64,000 nt of DNA from Candidatus Udaeobacter sp. (GCA_035473115.1 DATION010000006.1:521-64520); one strand, 5' to 3'. Positions 40,826 through 51,122 are shown, counted from the stretch's first letter. The notes: generated by a model not told the origin, from the sequence alone. Numbers and translations: made by a program.

Positions 40826-43465
40826 ATGAAAGAGTTGCCAAAGGCCTACGAGCCGAAAAATTACGAAGATAATATCTATAAAAAATGGGAAGAATCAGGG
40901 CTTTTTAACCCTGATGTTTGCGTTAAGAAAGGCTTTACTGAGCCCAAAGCCAATTATTTTTCCATTGTTTTGCCACCCCCAAATGTTACCGGGACTTTGC
41001 ATTTGGGACACGCTGCTAGGTTGGCTACTGAAGACTTAATGGTTCGGTATCATCGGATGAAAGGTGATAAGACTTTATGGTTACCAGGCACTGACCATGC
41101 AGCGGTGGCTACTCAGGCCAAGGTAGAAAAGATTTTGATGGAAAAAGAAGGCAAAACAAAATATAGTTTAGGTCGGGAAGAATTTTTAAGAAGAATAGAA
41201 AAATTTGCCCAAGATAGTCATGATACTATAATTAATCAATGTAAAAAAATGGGCGCTTCGCTGGATTGGTCGCGCGAAGCTTATACTTTTGATTCCGAAA
41301 GAAATTTGGCCGTGCGGACCGTATTTAAACAAATGTATGATGACGGTTTGATTTACCGTGGTTACCGGGTAGTTAATTGGTCAGTCAAAGGCCAGTCAAC
41401 TGCCAGCGATGATGAGTTAGTTTATGTAGAACGCCCAGGAAAATTATATTATTTTAAATATTCCAAAGATTTTCCGATTACTATTGCTACTACTCGTCCA
41501 GAAACAAAGCTGGGTGATACAGCCGTGGCAGTTAATCCAAAAGACAAGAAATATAAAAAATATATTGGCCAGGAATTTACCGTAGATGTTGGTGCTGCTC
41601 AGCCCCTAAAAATAAAAATTATTGCCGATGAAAATGTTGAGTCTGGTTTTGGTACCGGCGCTCTTGGAGTAACTCCGGCTCATAGCGCCATTGACTTTGA
41701 GATGTATCAAAAACAAAAAGTAGCTGGTAATGAAATTGGTTTAGTTCAGGTTATTGGCGAAGATGGCAAAATGACTGCTGTAACTGGCAAAGATTATGTT
41801 GGTCTGACAGTTTTGGAAGCACGAGAAAAGTTTGTTGATTATTTAAGAAAAAATAATTTATTGGAAAAAGAAGAGGACACAGTACAAAACGTGGCTACTT
41901 CAGATCGTTTTGGTGATGTGATTGAGCCGCTACCAAAAACTCAATGGTTTGTTGATGTGAACAAAGAATTTGTCATCAAAGAAAATAAGTTAGGGATTAA
42001 AAAAGGCAGCAAAGTAACTCTTAAGAAATTAATGCAGCATGTTGTCAAAGAAAAAGGTATCCAAATTATCCCAGACAGATTTGAAAAAACCTATTTTCAT
42101 TGGATAGATAATTTGCGCGACTGGTGTATCAGCCGTCAGATTTGGTATGGTCATCAGATTCCGGTTTGGTATAAAAATGATGAAGTATATTGTGGTGTAG
42201 AGGCGCCAAAAGAAGATGGTTGGGTTCAAGACCCGGACACTCTAGACACCTGGTTTTCTTCTGGCCTATGGACTTTTTCTACTCTTGGCTGGCCAAATAA
42301 AGAAGAATGGGCCAAAGAAAATATTTTCCATCCAATTTCGGTTATGGAGACAGCTTATGATATCTTGTTTTTTTGGGTTGCCAGAATGATACTTATGACC
42401 ACATATGTTTTGGGCGAGGTTCCTTTTAAAACTGTTTATCTGTCTGGTTTGGTGCGTGATGAGCAAGGGCGAAAAATGAGTAAGTCCTTAGGAAATATTA
42501 TTGATCCACTAGATATGATTAATAAATACGGTACAGATGCTACTCGTTTGTCTTTGCTGCTAGGCAATACGCCAGGCAATGACGCAAAGCTCTCCGAAGA
42601 GAAAATTGCTGGCTTTAGAAATTTTACCAACAAGTTGTGGAATATTTCTCGGTTTATGCTTTTGAATATTGATGAGCCGAAGATGGATGTTGAGAAGCCG
42701 GAGGCAAAGACTTTAGCGGATGAATGGATTTTGTATAAAATTGAAATAGTGGCAGCTCAAACAGAAGCAAATTTATGTAAGTTTAACTTTTCATTGGCGG
42801 GTGAACAGCTTCGTGATTTTACTTGGGGCGATTTAGCTGACTGGTATTTGGAGATTGCCAAAGTAGAGGGTGGTAAATCAGAAATTTTAAATTATATTTT
42901 AAATATTATTCTAAAATTATGGCATCCGTATATGCCATTTGTTACTGAAGCAATTTGGCAGGAAGTTTATGGGGAAGATAAAACATTGATGGTTCAGGAA
43001 TTTCCGAATGAAAGTATTGGAATTGTGCCAAGCGAAGTAGGTTTATTCGAAGGATTTGTTATTGGGGTTATAACAAGCATTCGTTCTTTGCGTGCAGAAT
43101 ATAAAATTGAACCTGCAAAAAAGATTGGTGCTAAGGTTAATGTGGGTAGTAAAGAAGAATTATTAAAAAATAATGCAGAAATTATCAAAGCTTTAGCTCG
43201 ATTAGATAAATTAGAGTTTGTGCAATCTGGCGCAGAGATTTCTTTAGATTTAGCCGGAGCAGTTGATAGTGAAAAAGAAAAACCAAGATTAGAAAAAGAA
43301 ATCCAAGAAATTAAAAAATACGTCGGTGGTTTAGAAAATAAACTTTCCAATAAAGAGTTTGTACAGAACGCTCCGAAAGAAGTAGTAGAAAAAGAAAAAA
43401 CTAAATTAAACGAAGCCAAAGCTAAATTAGAAAAATTAGAAGAGCAGCTTGCTAATTTAAAATAA
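40826..43465 (+). CDS. valS: Valine--tRNA ligase
   Basis: PPPNVTGTLHLGH, DWCISRQIW, DTWFSS, KMSKS, C-terminal coiled coil; ATG 40826 preferred. Confidence 0.97.
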   Translation: MKELPKAYEPKNYEDNIYKKWEESGLFNPDVCVKKGFTEPKANYFSIVLPPPNVTGTLHLGHAARLATEDLMVRYHRMKGDKTLWLPGTDHAAVATQAKVEKILMEKEGKTKYSLGREEFLRRIEKFAQDSHDTIINQCKKMGASLDWSREAYTFDSERNLAVRTVFKQMYDDGLIYRGYRVVNWSVKGQSTASDDELVYVERPGKLYYFKYSKDFPITIATTRPETKLGDTAVAVNPKDKKYKKYIGQEFTVDVGAAQPLKIKIIADENVESGFGTGALGVTPAHSAIDFEMYQKQKVAGNEIGLVQVIGEDGKMTAVTGKDYVGLTVLEAREKFVDYLRKNNLLEKEEDTVQNVATSDRFGDVIEPLPKTQWFVDVNKEFVIKENKLGIKKGSKVTLKKLMQHVVKEKGIQIIPDRFEKTYFHWIDNLRDWCISRQIWYGHQIPVWYKNDEVYCGVEAPKEDGWVQDPDTLDTWFSSGLWTFSTLGWPNKEEWAKENIFHPISVMETAYDILFFWVARMILMTTYVLGEVPFKTVYLSGLVRDEQGRKMSKSLGNIIDPLDMINKYGTDATRLSLLLGNTPGNDAKLSEEKIAGFRNFTNKLWNISRFMLLNIDEPKMDVEKPEAKTLADEWILYKIEIVAAQTEANLCKFNFSLAGEQLRDFTWGDLADWYLEIAKVEGGKSEILNYILNIILKLWHPYMPFVTEAIWQEVYGEDKTLMVQEFPNESIGIVPSEVGLFEGFVIGVITSIRSLRAEYKIEPAKKIGAKVNVGSKEELLKNNAEIIKALARLDKLEFVQSGAEISLDLAGAVDSEKEKPRLEKEIQEIKKYVGGLENKLSNKEFVQNAPKEVVEKEKTKLNEAKAKLEKLEEQLANLK

Positions 43466-43470
43466 ATTAT

Positions 43471-44655
43471 ATGCCAGTAAATACCGATTTACAAAAAATA
43501 GAAGAGTTATTAAGCCGGGGAGTAGAAAATATTTACCCCAAGGCAGATTTTTTGCGGGCACAGTTAAAATCCGGCAAACAATTAACTCTATATACTGGTT
43601 ATGATCCAACCGCACCGACTTTGCATATTGGCCATGGCATTACCATGCTTAAGCTGCGCCAATTTCAGCAATTAGGACATAAAGTTATTATGCTGATTGG
43701 TGATTTTACCGGCATGATTGGCGACCCGACTGATAAGACTTCAGCCAGACAAAAATTAACCCGCAAACAAGTTTTAGAAAATTGCAAGAATTATAAAAAA
43801 CAAGCGGCTACAATTTTGGATTTTGCAGGAAAAAATCCAGTTGAAGTAAAGTTTAACAGCAAGTGGTTGGCTAAGATGAGTTTTGCGGATGTGGTGGAAC
43901 TAGCTTCACATTTTACGGTACAAAGAATGATGGAGCGGGACATGTTCCAAAATAGAGTTAAAGAAGAAAAACCAATTTATCTCCACGAATTCTTGTACCC
44001 GCTCATGCAAGGCTACGACAGTGTGGCTATGGATGTGGATGGTGAAGTTGGCGGTAATGACCAGACATTTAACATGTTGGCTGGTCGAGATTTAATGAAA
44101 GATTTAAAGAATAAAGAAAAATTTGTTTTGACTACCAAGCTTCTGGTTGATGCTTCTGGCAAAAAAATGGGTAAGACCGAAGGTAATATGGTCGCTTTTT
44201 CTGATACGCCGGAAGATATGTTTGGCAAAGTTATGAGCTGGACTGATGGTATGATAGAAAATGGTTTTGTTTTATGTACAACTTTGCCAGTTGTTGAAAT
44301 AGAAAAATTCTTAAAAGAAACATCAAGTCCTCGTGATCAAAAACTGCGATTGGCTTTTGAGATTGTTAGAACGTTTTTGGGAGAAAAAGAGGCAAAGAAA
44401 GCTCAAGAAAATTTTATCAAAACATTTTCTAAAAAAGAAACTCCGGACGAAATTCCAGAATTAAAACCAAGCGCCACTGATATTATTACAGTTTTGGTAG
44501 AAGCCAATATTTGCAAAAGTAAATCTGAAGTTCGGCAAGTAATTGCCCAAGGCGGAGTGAAAATTAATGATAAAAAAGTAGAATCAATTGAAGAAAAAGT
44601 AAAAACAGGTGATATTGTGCAGAAGGGCAGCCGGTTTTTTGTGAAGATAAAATAA
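43471..44655 (+). CDS. tyrS: Tyrosine--tRNA ligase
   Basis: GYDPTAPTLHIGH, YPLMQGYD, GGNDQ, KMGKT, S4 domain. Confidence 0.97.
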   Translation: MPVNTDLQKIEELLSRGVENIYPKADFLRAQLKSGKQLTLYTGYDPTAPTLHIGHGITMLKLRQFQQLGHKVIMLIGDFTGMIGDPTDKTSARQKLTRKQVLENCKNYKKQAATILDFAGKNPVEVKFNSKWLAKMSFADVVELASHFTVQRMMERDMFQNRVKEEKPIYLHEFLYPLMQGYDSVAMDVDGEVGGNDQTFNMLAGRDLMKDLKNKEKFVLTTKLLVDASGKKMGKTEGNMVAFSDTPEDMFGKVMSWTDGMIENGFVLCTTLPVVEIEKFLKETSSPRDQKLRLAFEIVRTFLGEKEAKKAQENFIKTFSKKETPDEIPELKPSATDIITVLVEANICKSKSEVRQVIAQGGVKINDKKVESIEEKVKTGDIVQKGSRFFVKIK

Positions 44656-44659
44656 CCTG

Positions 44660-44768
44660 TTGGTACTTTTTGACGCCAAAAAGTACCAAAAAGCGTTGGG
44701 GCGTCAAAACTCGCCTTATAAATAAATTTGGTTCTGCAGATGTGTTAGCTCAAACATTGCCGCCCCAA
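44660..44768. repeat. Structured intergenic palindromic element between tyrS and argS
   Basis: Perfect 13-bp stem ttggtactttttg-acgc-caaaaagtaccaa, then ttggggcg...cgccccaa enclosing aaactcgc...gctcaaaca. Confidence 0.65.
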
Positions 44769-44797
44769 ACCCCAGATACAAGTAGTAAGTTTTAAAT

Positions 44798-46498
44798 ATG
44801 ACAAGTAAAACAAAACAGAACATAATTGAATTGCTGCACAAAGCCGGTGTGCAGGGCGAAGTAGAATTAACCGTTCCACCAAATCCGGAAATGGGGGACT
44901 TTGCTTTTGCTTGTTTTAATATCGCTAAGGAATTTAAAGTTAATCCAAAAGAAGCTGCTGAGCAGCTAAAATTAAAATTGCAAGATAAAAAGTTAAATTC
45001 AGTCGAAAAAATAGAAGTAGCCGGGCCGTATCTAAATTTTTATTTAAAAACATCCACATTAGCCAAGTCAGTTTTGAGTGAAATAAAAAAACAAGGAAAA
45101 AAATATGGTAGTAATAAATCTGGCAAAGGCAAAAAGGTTTTGATTGAATATCCGTCGAACAATACTCATAAAGAATTTCATATTGGTCATTTCCGCAATG
45201 TTTGCATTGGTAATACGTTAGTTCAGCTTTATGAGACTAATGGCTTTAAAGTTTTTCCGGTAAATTATCTTAACGATTTTGGCAATCATGTGGCCAAATG
45301 TTTATGGGGTCTGAATAAATTTCACGCTAATGAAAAGCCGCCAGCCAACAAGCAAAAATGGCTGGGAGATATTTATGCCGAAGCAAGCCAGCAGGTAAGA
45401 GACAATCCTGATTTTGGTAAAGAAGTGGCGCAAGTGCAGAAGAAGCTAGAAGAACATGATGCCGAACTCTGGCCTTTGTTTATGCAAACCAGACAATGGA
45501 GCATAGAAAAATTTACAGAAATATTTAAACAGCTGGCAGTAAAACATGTGGCGGTATTTTACGAAAAAGATTTGAAAGGCAAAGGCCAAAAAATTATTGA
45601 TGAACTTTTACAGAAAGGCATTGCTCAAGTGGGGGAAGGCGGAGCGATTATAATTGATTTGAGTAAATATAATCTAGATGTGGCATTGCTGCGCAAATCA
45701 AACGGCGCTGGTTTATATTTAACCAGTGATTTGCCTCTGGCCATGGCTAAATTTAAAAAATTTAAAGTTAATGAAAGTATTGTCGTAACCGGCATAGAGC
45801 AGAATTTTTATTTTAAACAGTTGTATAAAATTTTAGAAATAATCGGCTTCAAAAATAAACTAACTCACATTGGTTATGGTTTGGTGAATCTAAAAGAAGG
45901 CAAGATGTCTTCCCGATTAGGCAATGTAATTTTATATGAAGATCTATACACCGAAGTTTTTGAAAAATTAAAAACTGAATCAAAAGAGAGGCACACGGAT
46001 TGGAGTGAGAAAAAAATAAATGAAACTGCGCAGGTTTTGGCAATGGCTGCTCTAAAATTTGATATGTTAAAACATGAAGCGGCCAAAAATATTACTTTTG
46101 ATACCAAAGAAGCCACAGCCTTTGAAGGTTTTACCGGACCGTATATTTTGTATGTTATTGCCAGAATCAACAGCATGTTGGCCAAAGCCAAAGGTAAAAT
46201 TAAAAAATCAACCAGCCATGACCTGTTAGATAAACCGGAAGAAAAGCAGCTGTTATTATTTTTAGCTCGCTACGAAGAAGTAGTGTCCGAAGCTTTGCAG
46301 GAGTATAATCCGTCAACCATTACTCGCTACTGTTTTGATCTGGCGCAGAAATTTAATATGTTTTATAACAAACATAATGTGTTAAACGCCGAGAATCAAG
46401 ATTTGATTGGCGCCAGACTGCAGTTATGCGGGGCGGTAAAAAATGTTTTAGAAAATTCTTTGCATCTGCTTACCATTGATACGGTAAAAGAGATGTAG
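44798..46498 (+). CDS. argS: Arginine--tRNA ligase
   Basis: GDFAF, GPYLNF, FHIGHFRN, KMSSRLG, GPYILY..ARI, DALR domain. Confidence 0.96.
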   Translation: MTSKTKQNIIELLHKAGVQGEVELTVPPNPEMGDFAFACFNIAKEFKVNPKEAAEQLKLKLQDKKLNSVEKIEVAGPYLNFYLKTSTLAKSVLSEIKKQGKKYGSNKSGKGKKVLIEYPSNNTHKEFHIGHFRNVCIGNTLVQLYETNGFKVFPVNYLNDFGNHVAKCLWGLNKFHANEKPPANKQKWLGDIYAEASQQVRDNPDFGKEVAQVQKKLEEHDAELWPLFMQTRQWSIEKFTEIFKQLAVKHVAVFYEKDLKGKGQKIIDELLQKGIAQVGEGGAIIIDLSKYNLDVALLRKSNGAGLYLTSDLPLAMAKFKKFKVNESIVVTGIEQNFYFKQLYKILEIIGFKNKLTHIGYGLVNLKEGKMSSRLGNVILYEDLYTEVFEKLKTESKERHTDWSEKKINETAQVLAMAALKFDMLKHEAAKNITFDTKEATAFEGFTGPYILYVIARINSMLAKAKGKIKKSTSHDLLDKPEEKQLLLFLARYEEVVSEALQEYNPSTITRYCFDLAQKFNMFYNKHNVLNAENQDLIGARLQLCGAVKNVLENSLHLLTIDTVKEM

Positions 46499-46554
46499 TA
46501 TAATATTATTACCATTTACAAATTGTATTTTAAATTATCCTAAGCATTACGAAT

Positions 46555-47028
46555 ATGATTTTTCAAAGAAGCGCTCCGAAAGTTATTGAAGAAGAAAATG
46601 ATCAAATTAATAATCAATCGCAGCAGCATTCTCAGGATGAAGTAGAAACAGTAGTTGGTCCTTCTGTTAGTGTGGAAGGGGATTTTGCTTCCGAAGGAAA
46701 TATTATAGTTAAAGGAACTGTCTCGGGCAGTGTTTTTACCAGCAAACATTTGGCCGTTGAAGTCGGTGCCAAGATTGTGGCCAACATTCGAGCTGGCAGT
46801 GCCACTATTGCTGGTGAAGTAAAAGGCAATATAAAATTAAAAGGATCTTTGGAACTTCTGGCTACTGCTAAAGTTTTGGGAGATATCGAAGTTAAAGATT
46901 TAAGAGTTGAATCCGGCGCTCTGTTATATGGTAAGGTTGTAATGCTAGGCATGGATCTGAGTGAAAAACCTATTAAAACAAAAACCTTCAAAAAAACCGA
47001 AGAAGCAGCTCCGCAATTTGTCGGCTAA
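46555..47028 (+). CDS. Bactofilin (polymer-forming cytoskeletal protein)
   Basis: TVVGPSVSVEGD..IIVKGTVSG..IAGEVKGNI..AKVLGDI..L.VESGA beta-helix pattern. Confidence 0.9.
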   Translation: MIFQRSAPKVIEEENDQINNQSQQHSQDEVETVVGPSVSVEGDFASEGNIIVKGTVSGSVFTSKHLAVEVGAKIVANIRAGSATIAGEVKGNIKLKGSLELLATAKVLGDIEVKDLRVESGALLYGKVVMLGMDLSEKPIKTKTFKKTEEAAPQFVG

Positions 47029-47056
47029 TTAAAAATCAGTCAGATACATTTTCGGT

Positions 47057-47821
47057 ATGTATGTGTACATCTATGACAATTTTTTACGTCAAAAAAACTT
47101 TCTTCCTATCATTCGTTCAATGGAGGTCGTTCTTACCGATTACGGCATAGCTGGCAAGATTTTACGCTTGCAAAATTATACCGACTCCAAAGCTGTCATT
47201 GAAGATGAGATTAAGCGCGGCGCCAAAACAGTTGTGGTAGTAGGTAATGACGCCACTTTTGGCCAAATACTTTCCCGCAGCGCAAACTGCGACTGTACTT
47301 TTGGTTTTTTACCGGTTGGCCCAAACAATACCATTGCCGAGGTTTTAGGTATTCCAATCGGAGTAGAAGCTTGCACGGTTTTGTCGCGTCGCCGTAAAGA
47401 ATTTTTGGATGTGGGTTGGATGAATAACCGATATTTTGTTTCTCAGCTGCGCGTGATGCCGTCCAAGCTGGAAGTTGTTTATGATGAAAGATTTAAAGTA
47501 ACTACTGCCGATAAAATGGAAGTTATAATCTGTAATTTGCAGCCATTTTTTTGGAAAAGAGATAAAAAAGATAAAGAACAGCGGGTGGTTCATCCGCAAG
47601 ACGGCAAGCTGGAAGGCTTTATTCGTCCATTGACAAAAAGCGGTTGGTGGGGATATAAATACGAAGAGCCAAGCATATTTCCTTTTGAAGAAATGACCAT
47701 TACCGGGAAAGAAGCTTTTGCGGTTGAGGCAGATGGTAAATTAACCAAAGAAATAAAATTAAAAATTAAATTAGCTCATAGCAAATTAGAAATGATTGTG
47801 GGCAGAGATCGTAAGTTTTAG
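47057..47821 (+). CDS. Diacylglycerol-kinase-family-like protein, degenerate
   Basis: TVVVVGNDATF (GGDG-like), GFLPVGPNNTIA, LDVG, VEADG. Confidence 0.7.
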   Translation: MYVYIYDNFLRQKNFLPIIRSMEVVLTDYGIAGKILRLQNYTDSKAVIEDEIKRGAKTVVVVGNDATFGQILSRSANCDCTFGFLPVGPNNTIAEVLGIPIGVEACTVLSRRRKEFLDVGWMNNRYFVSQLRVMPSKLEVVYDERFKVTTADKMEVIICNLQPFFWKRDKKDKEQRVVHPQDGKLEGFIRPLTKSGWWGYKYEEPSIFPFEEMTITGKEAFAVEADGKLTKEIKLKIKLAHSKLEMIVGRDRKF

Positions 47822-47827
47822 CAATAA

Positions 47828-47912
47828 GCCCAGGTGGCGGAATTGGTAGACGCACTACCTTGAGGTGGTAGCGCCGCAAGGCGTGGAGGTTCGAGTCCTC
47901 TCTTGGGCACCA
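47828..47912 (+). tRNA. tRNA-Leu(GAG)
   Basis: gcccagg/cttgggc acceptor stem, ctacc-ttGAGgt-ggtag anticodon arm, long variable arm, GGTTCGAG T-arm, encoded CCA. Confidence 0.97.
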
Positions 47913-47934
47913 ATGGAATCTTAATAATATTTTT

Positions 47935-49017
47935 ATGCCGGAAAGATTTAATGACGGTCCGCCTTCTGAGCGTGGGCCAGTTGAACCTAAAAGAATAATA
48001 AGGTTTGCTGACTTGCTTCCGGCAGAGATAGAATCAGATAAAGCTTCTTCCAAGGTGAATAGAGCACCGCGCTTTATTTTTGAATACGTGCCAACAGAAG
48101 TGCAAACTGAAGGCGCTCTAGTAACTCCGGAAGTAAATGTCCAAGAAAATTTTGAGGTAGAGACAACTCGTTTTAACGGAGGTGCATTTATTAGAATGCC
48201 ATCGGCATTGGATAGCAGCAGCAAGTCATTGCTAAAAAATTGTCAGGACGCTGGGGCTTTACATTTAGGTAAGGACGGAAAAATGATTAATTTTGCTATG
48301 GGTGATGGTGTTAGCCAAAGCATGAACGGAAAAGCTGCTGCCGAGATGGCAACATCGGTTGCTTTAGAAGAGTTAGTAGCCACAGCTGGCATTGCTCATA
48401 ATAATTTGACAATGAGAAGTTTAATCCAAAAAGTGGAGCAAAGAATGCAAGCTGGTGATTTGGATGCTTTAAAAGAGCAATGGGCTCAGGATATTTTGAT
48501 TAATAAGAATATCTCTCCAGGTATTTTACGCAGTGCTTTGTTGGCAGATCTGGGTTATCAAGAAAATAATGGTGTGTTAGAAAAAACTAAAGCTCCAGCT
48601 AAGGATAAAAAATTAGGGTCAACAACTTTAATGGTCGGGCAATTAGAAAATAATCATTTAAAATTAGCTTATTCTAGTGACGGTGGTTTTATCGTTGTTA
48701 ACAGCAAAGGAGTTAAGATGTTTAGCGGTCAACATGCGATTATAAAATCGCCTCCTCAATTAAGGCTGGCAGGTGATAAAATTGATATAAACGCAATTCA
48801 GTATACAGATATAGAACTAGATAAAGGCGATAAGGTTTTGGTGTATAGCGATGGTTTGTATCATACAAAAAAAGGCGGCGAGGTAAGTTCTGAGGCACGA
48901 GCAAAACAAGTTGCTGACTTGGTTAAACAAGGCAATGCCGTAGAACAGATCGCTAAAACTTTAATGCAAGACGCTGCCGGTATGGACGATATCGAAGTTT
49001 TGGCTTTTGAGTATTAA
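47935..49017 (+). CDS. PP2C/SpoIIE-like Ser/Thr phosphatase domain protein
   Basis: CQDA, FAMGDGVS, GSTTL, SSDGG, LVYSDGL, MDDI motifs. Confidence 0.75.
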   Translation: MPERFNDGPPSERGPVEPKRIIRFADLLPAEIESDKASSKVNRAPRFIFEYVPTEVQTEGALVTPEVNVQENFEVETTRFNGGAFIRMPSALDSSSKSLLKNCQDAGALHLGKDGKMINFAMGDGVSQSMNGKAAAEMATSVALEELVATAGIAHNNLTMRSLIQKVEQRMQAGDLDALKEQWAQDILINKNISPGILRSALLADLGYQENNGVLEKTKAPAKDKKLGSTTLMVGQLENNHLKLAYSSDGGFIVVNSKGVKMFSGQHAIIKSPPQLRLAGDKIDINAIQYTDIELDKGDKVLVYSDGLYHTKKGGEVSSEARAKQVADLVKQGNAVEQIAKTLMQDAAGMDDIEVLAFEY

Positions 49018-49047
49018 TTTTTTTAAACAGGTTTTTAAAATAACATT

Positions 49048-49821
49048 ATGCTTTCCAGATCAATCTTAGTTTTTGTAAGCGTTATGGTATTTAGCGTATC
49101 TAGTTTTTTGTTTAAATTTTTTCATATCTCAAATCAGAATTTTATTTCTCCGTATAATGTTTCGACCAGTTCTAACACCAATTCCGCAAATAATGCCGAT
49201 AAATCTGCCAGCACTTCGATAAAATTGGTAGGCACGTTAGCTTGTCTGCCGCACAAAGATTTGAGCGGTCCGCAAACTATGGAATGCGCTATCGGACTTA
49301 AAGATAACAGCGGCAGATATTTTTTTCTAGATTATAGTCAGGCAGAAAAAAATAGCAGCTTTATTTCTACTGGCATGGCCGTTGAAGTTATTGGCACGCT
49401 TAAACCTGTCTCTGATTCCAGATATCAAAACGATGGCATAATTTTTGTCTCCAAAATAGTTAAAATAATGCCAACAGAAAATCCAGCCATCAAAACAATT
49501 ACTACTGGCGCCGGTGGCATAGAGGGTTCAGTTTGGTTGGGTCCAGTCTGTCCGGTAGAAAAAAATCCGCCGGATCCAACTTGTGCCAATCGTCCATATA
49601 GAACTAGTTTGGCTGTCACAACCGTAGAAGGAAAATTAGTTAAAAATTTTAGTTCCGATATGAATGGGCAGTTTAAAGTTAACGTGCCTCCGGGTAAATA
49701 TGCGATTCGTTATGCTGATACTGCTAAAAAATACCCGATTTGCGGCACTAGCGATGTGATTAGCGTGGAGAGTAACAGTTTTGCCGAAGTTAATGTTTTT
49801 TGTGACACTGGGATAAGATAA
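49048..49821 (+). CDS. Secreted or membrane-anchored Cys-containing two-domain protein (C-terminal beta-sandwich-like)
   Basis: Signal/TM; CLPHKD..TMECAIG; GPVCPVE..PDPTC; SDMNGQFKVNVPPGKY. Confidence 0.75.
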   Translation: MLSRSILVFVSVMVFSVSSFLFKFFHISNQNFISPYNVSTSSNTNSANNADKSASTSIKLVGTLACLPHKDLSGPQTMECAIGLKDNSGRYFFLDYSQAEKNSSFISTGMAVEVIGTLKPVSDSRYQNDGIIFVSKIVKIMPTENPAIKTITTGAGGIEGSVWLGPVCPVEKNPPDPTCANRPYRTSLAVTTVEGKLVKNFSSDMNGQFKVNVPPGKYAIRYADTAKKYPICGTSDVISVESNSFAEVNVFCDTGIR

Positions 49822-49920
49822 ATAATCAAATATAAACGAAGGAAAGGCGAGAAAGTTTTCGCCTTTCTTTTTTTTATCTAAAATGGTAAAATTTAAGTGT
49901 AAATTAAGCTAATTTTTAAT

Positions 49921-50163
49921 ATGCGGTATTTTATCGGAATTATCTTGGTGGCAATTGGTATTTTGTTGGTCCTAAAAACCGAATGGTTTATTGAAAATTT
50001 TGGCACTAATGCTTGGGCGGAAGAACACTTTGGTTTCAATGGCGGCACTCGCTTGATGTATAAATTGGTAGGGATCGCTTTTATCTTTTTTGGATTTTTG
50101 GCAATTACCAATCTAATCGGCGGTTTTTTGTCCGGCACCATCGGTAAAATATTTATTCGTTAG
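49921..50163 (+). CDS. Small membrane protein
   Basis: Two TM helices flanking FG.NAWAE.HFG..GGTR. Confidence 0.8.
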   Translation: MRYFIGIILVAIGILLVLKTEWFIENFGTNAWAEEHFGFNGGTRLMYKLVGIAFIFFGFLAITNLIGGFLSGTIGKIFIR

Positions 50164-50164
50164 T

Positions 50165-50713
50165 ATGTTTCATTCCGGCACAGCTTTAATTGACCCCTAT
50201 AAAATTTTTGCCAGAATTTCTTTATCCGAAGGAAAAAGAGTTGCTGACTTGGGCTGCGGCCGAACCGGCCATTTTGTTTTTCCGGCGGTAAAAATAGTCG
50301 GCGAAAAAGGCGTAGTCTATGCGGTAGATGTGGTGAAAAATATTTTAGACAGCATTAAAAGCACAGCGCGAACCGGCGGCCATGATAATGTGCAGACTGT
50401 TTGGTCGGACATAGAGGTTTTTGGCAAAACGCCAATACCGGACAATTCTCTTGACGCCTGCTTTTGTATTAATGTACTATTTCAACTAAAGAATAAAGCC
50501 GGCGCTATTAAAGAAGCGGCACGGATGCTAAAACCAGGCGGTTATTTGGTGGTAGTAGATTGGGCTAAAAAATTGGGTGGTTTAGGCCCTTCGCCGGAGT
50601 CGATGCTAAAACCGGAGGATTTATTAAAATTGGCAGCTCAAGAAAATTTAAAATTTGTTGATAAAATTTTACCAGGAGAATATCATTATTCATTAATCTT
50701 TGAAAAGACTTAG
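50165..50713 (+). CDS. Class I SAM-dependent methyltransferase
   Basis: VADLGCG, VYAVD, RMLKPGG..VVDW. Confidence 0.9.
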   Translation: MFHSGTALIDPYKIFARISLSEGKRVADLGCGRTGHFVFPAVKIVGEKGVVYAVDVVKNILDSIKSTARTGGHDNVQTVWSDIEVFGKTPIPDNSLDACFCINVLFQLKNKAGAIKEAARMLKPGGYLVVVDWAKKLGGLGPSPESMLKPEDLLKLAAQENLKFVDKILPGEYHYSLIFEKT

Positions 50714-50714
50714 T

Positions 50715-51119
50715 ATGTCTATAAGCAATTTGTTTCATCTGGATTATTGGTTGGCTCAGCCTTTTACAGCTCGAGGTTTAACACTTTGGATTTTAGTTGG
50801 CGGGTTTTTAGTTTTGGTAATGGCTGGCTTAGTTTTTAAAATTTTATCTCAGTATCAACAGCAAAAAGCGCAAAAATCACTTTTAAGCAGACTAGGAAGT
50901 TTTGGCATTACTATGGGATTTTTGGGATTAGTATGGATGTTTTTTCGCCAAGAAAGAGCGGTAATTTTGGCTTGGCGTTTCTGGATTCTGTTGTGGTTGA
51001 TTGGCGGTATAGTTTGGCTTTATCGTTTGTTATATTATGCTCTAAAAAGAATTCCGGAAATCAAAGCTGAAGAAATTAAGCGTGCTAATCTGGAAAAGTA
51101 TCTTCCTAAAAAAAATTAA
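50715..51119 (+). CDS. Hypothetical three-TM membrane protein
   Basis: Hydrophobic segments, C-terminal EKYLP; co-oriented in operon. Confidence 0.8.
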   Translation: MSISNLFHLDYWLAQPFTARGLTLWILVGGFLVLVMAGLVFKILSQYQQQKAQKSLLSRLGSFGITMGFLGLVWMFFRQERAVILAWRFWILLWLIGGIVWLYRLLYYALKRIPEIKAEEIKRANLEKYLPKKN

Positions 51120-51122
51120 TCT

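Noticed and set aside
44656-44797. T-box riboswitch before argS
   Set aside because: Too short and lacks the AAGGTGGCACC-type T-box antiterminator motif
47828-49900. Integrative island at tRNA-Leu
   Set aside because: No integrase and no duplicated tRNA 3' end seen downstream in the window
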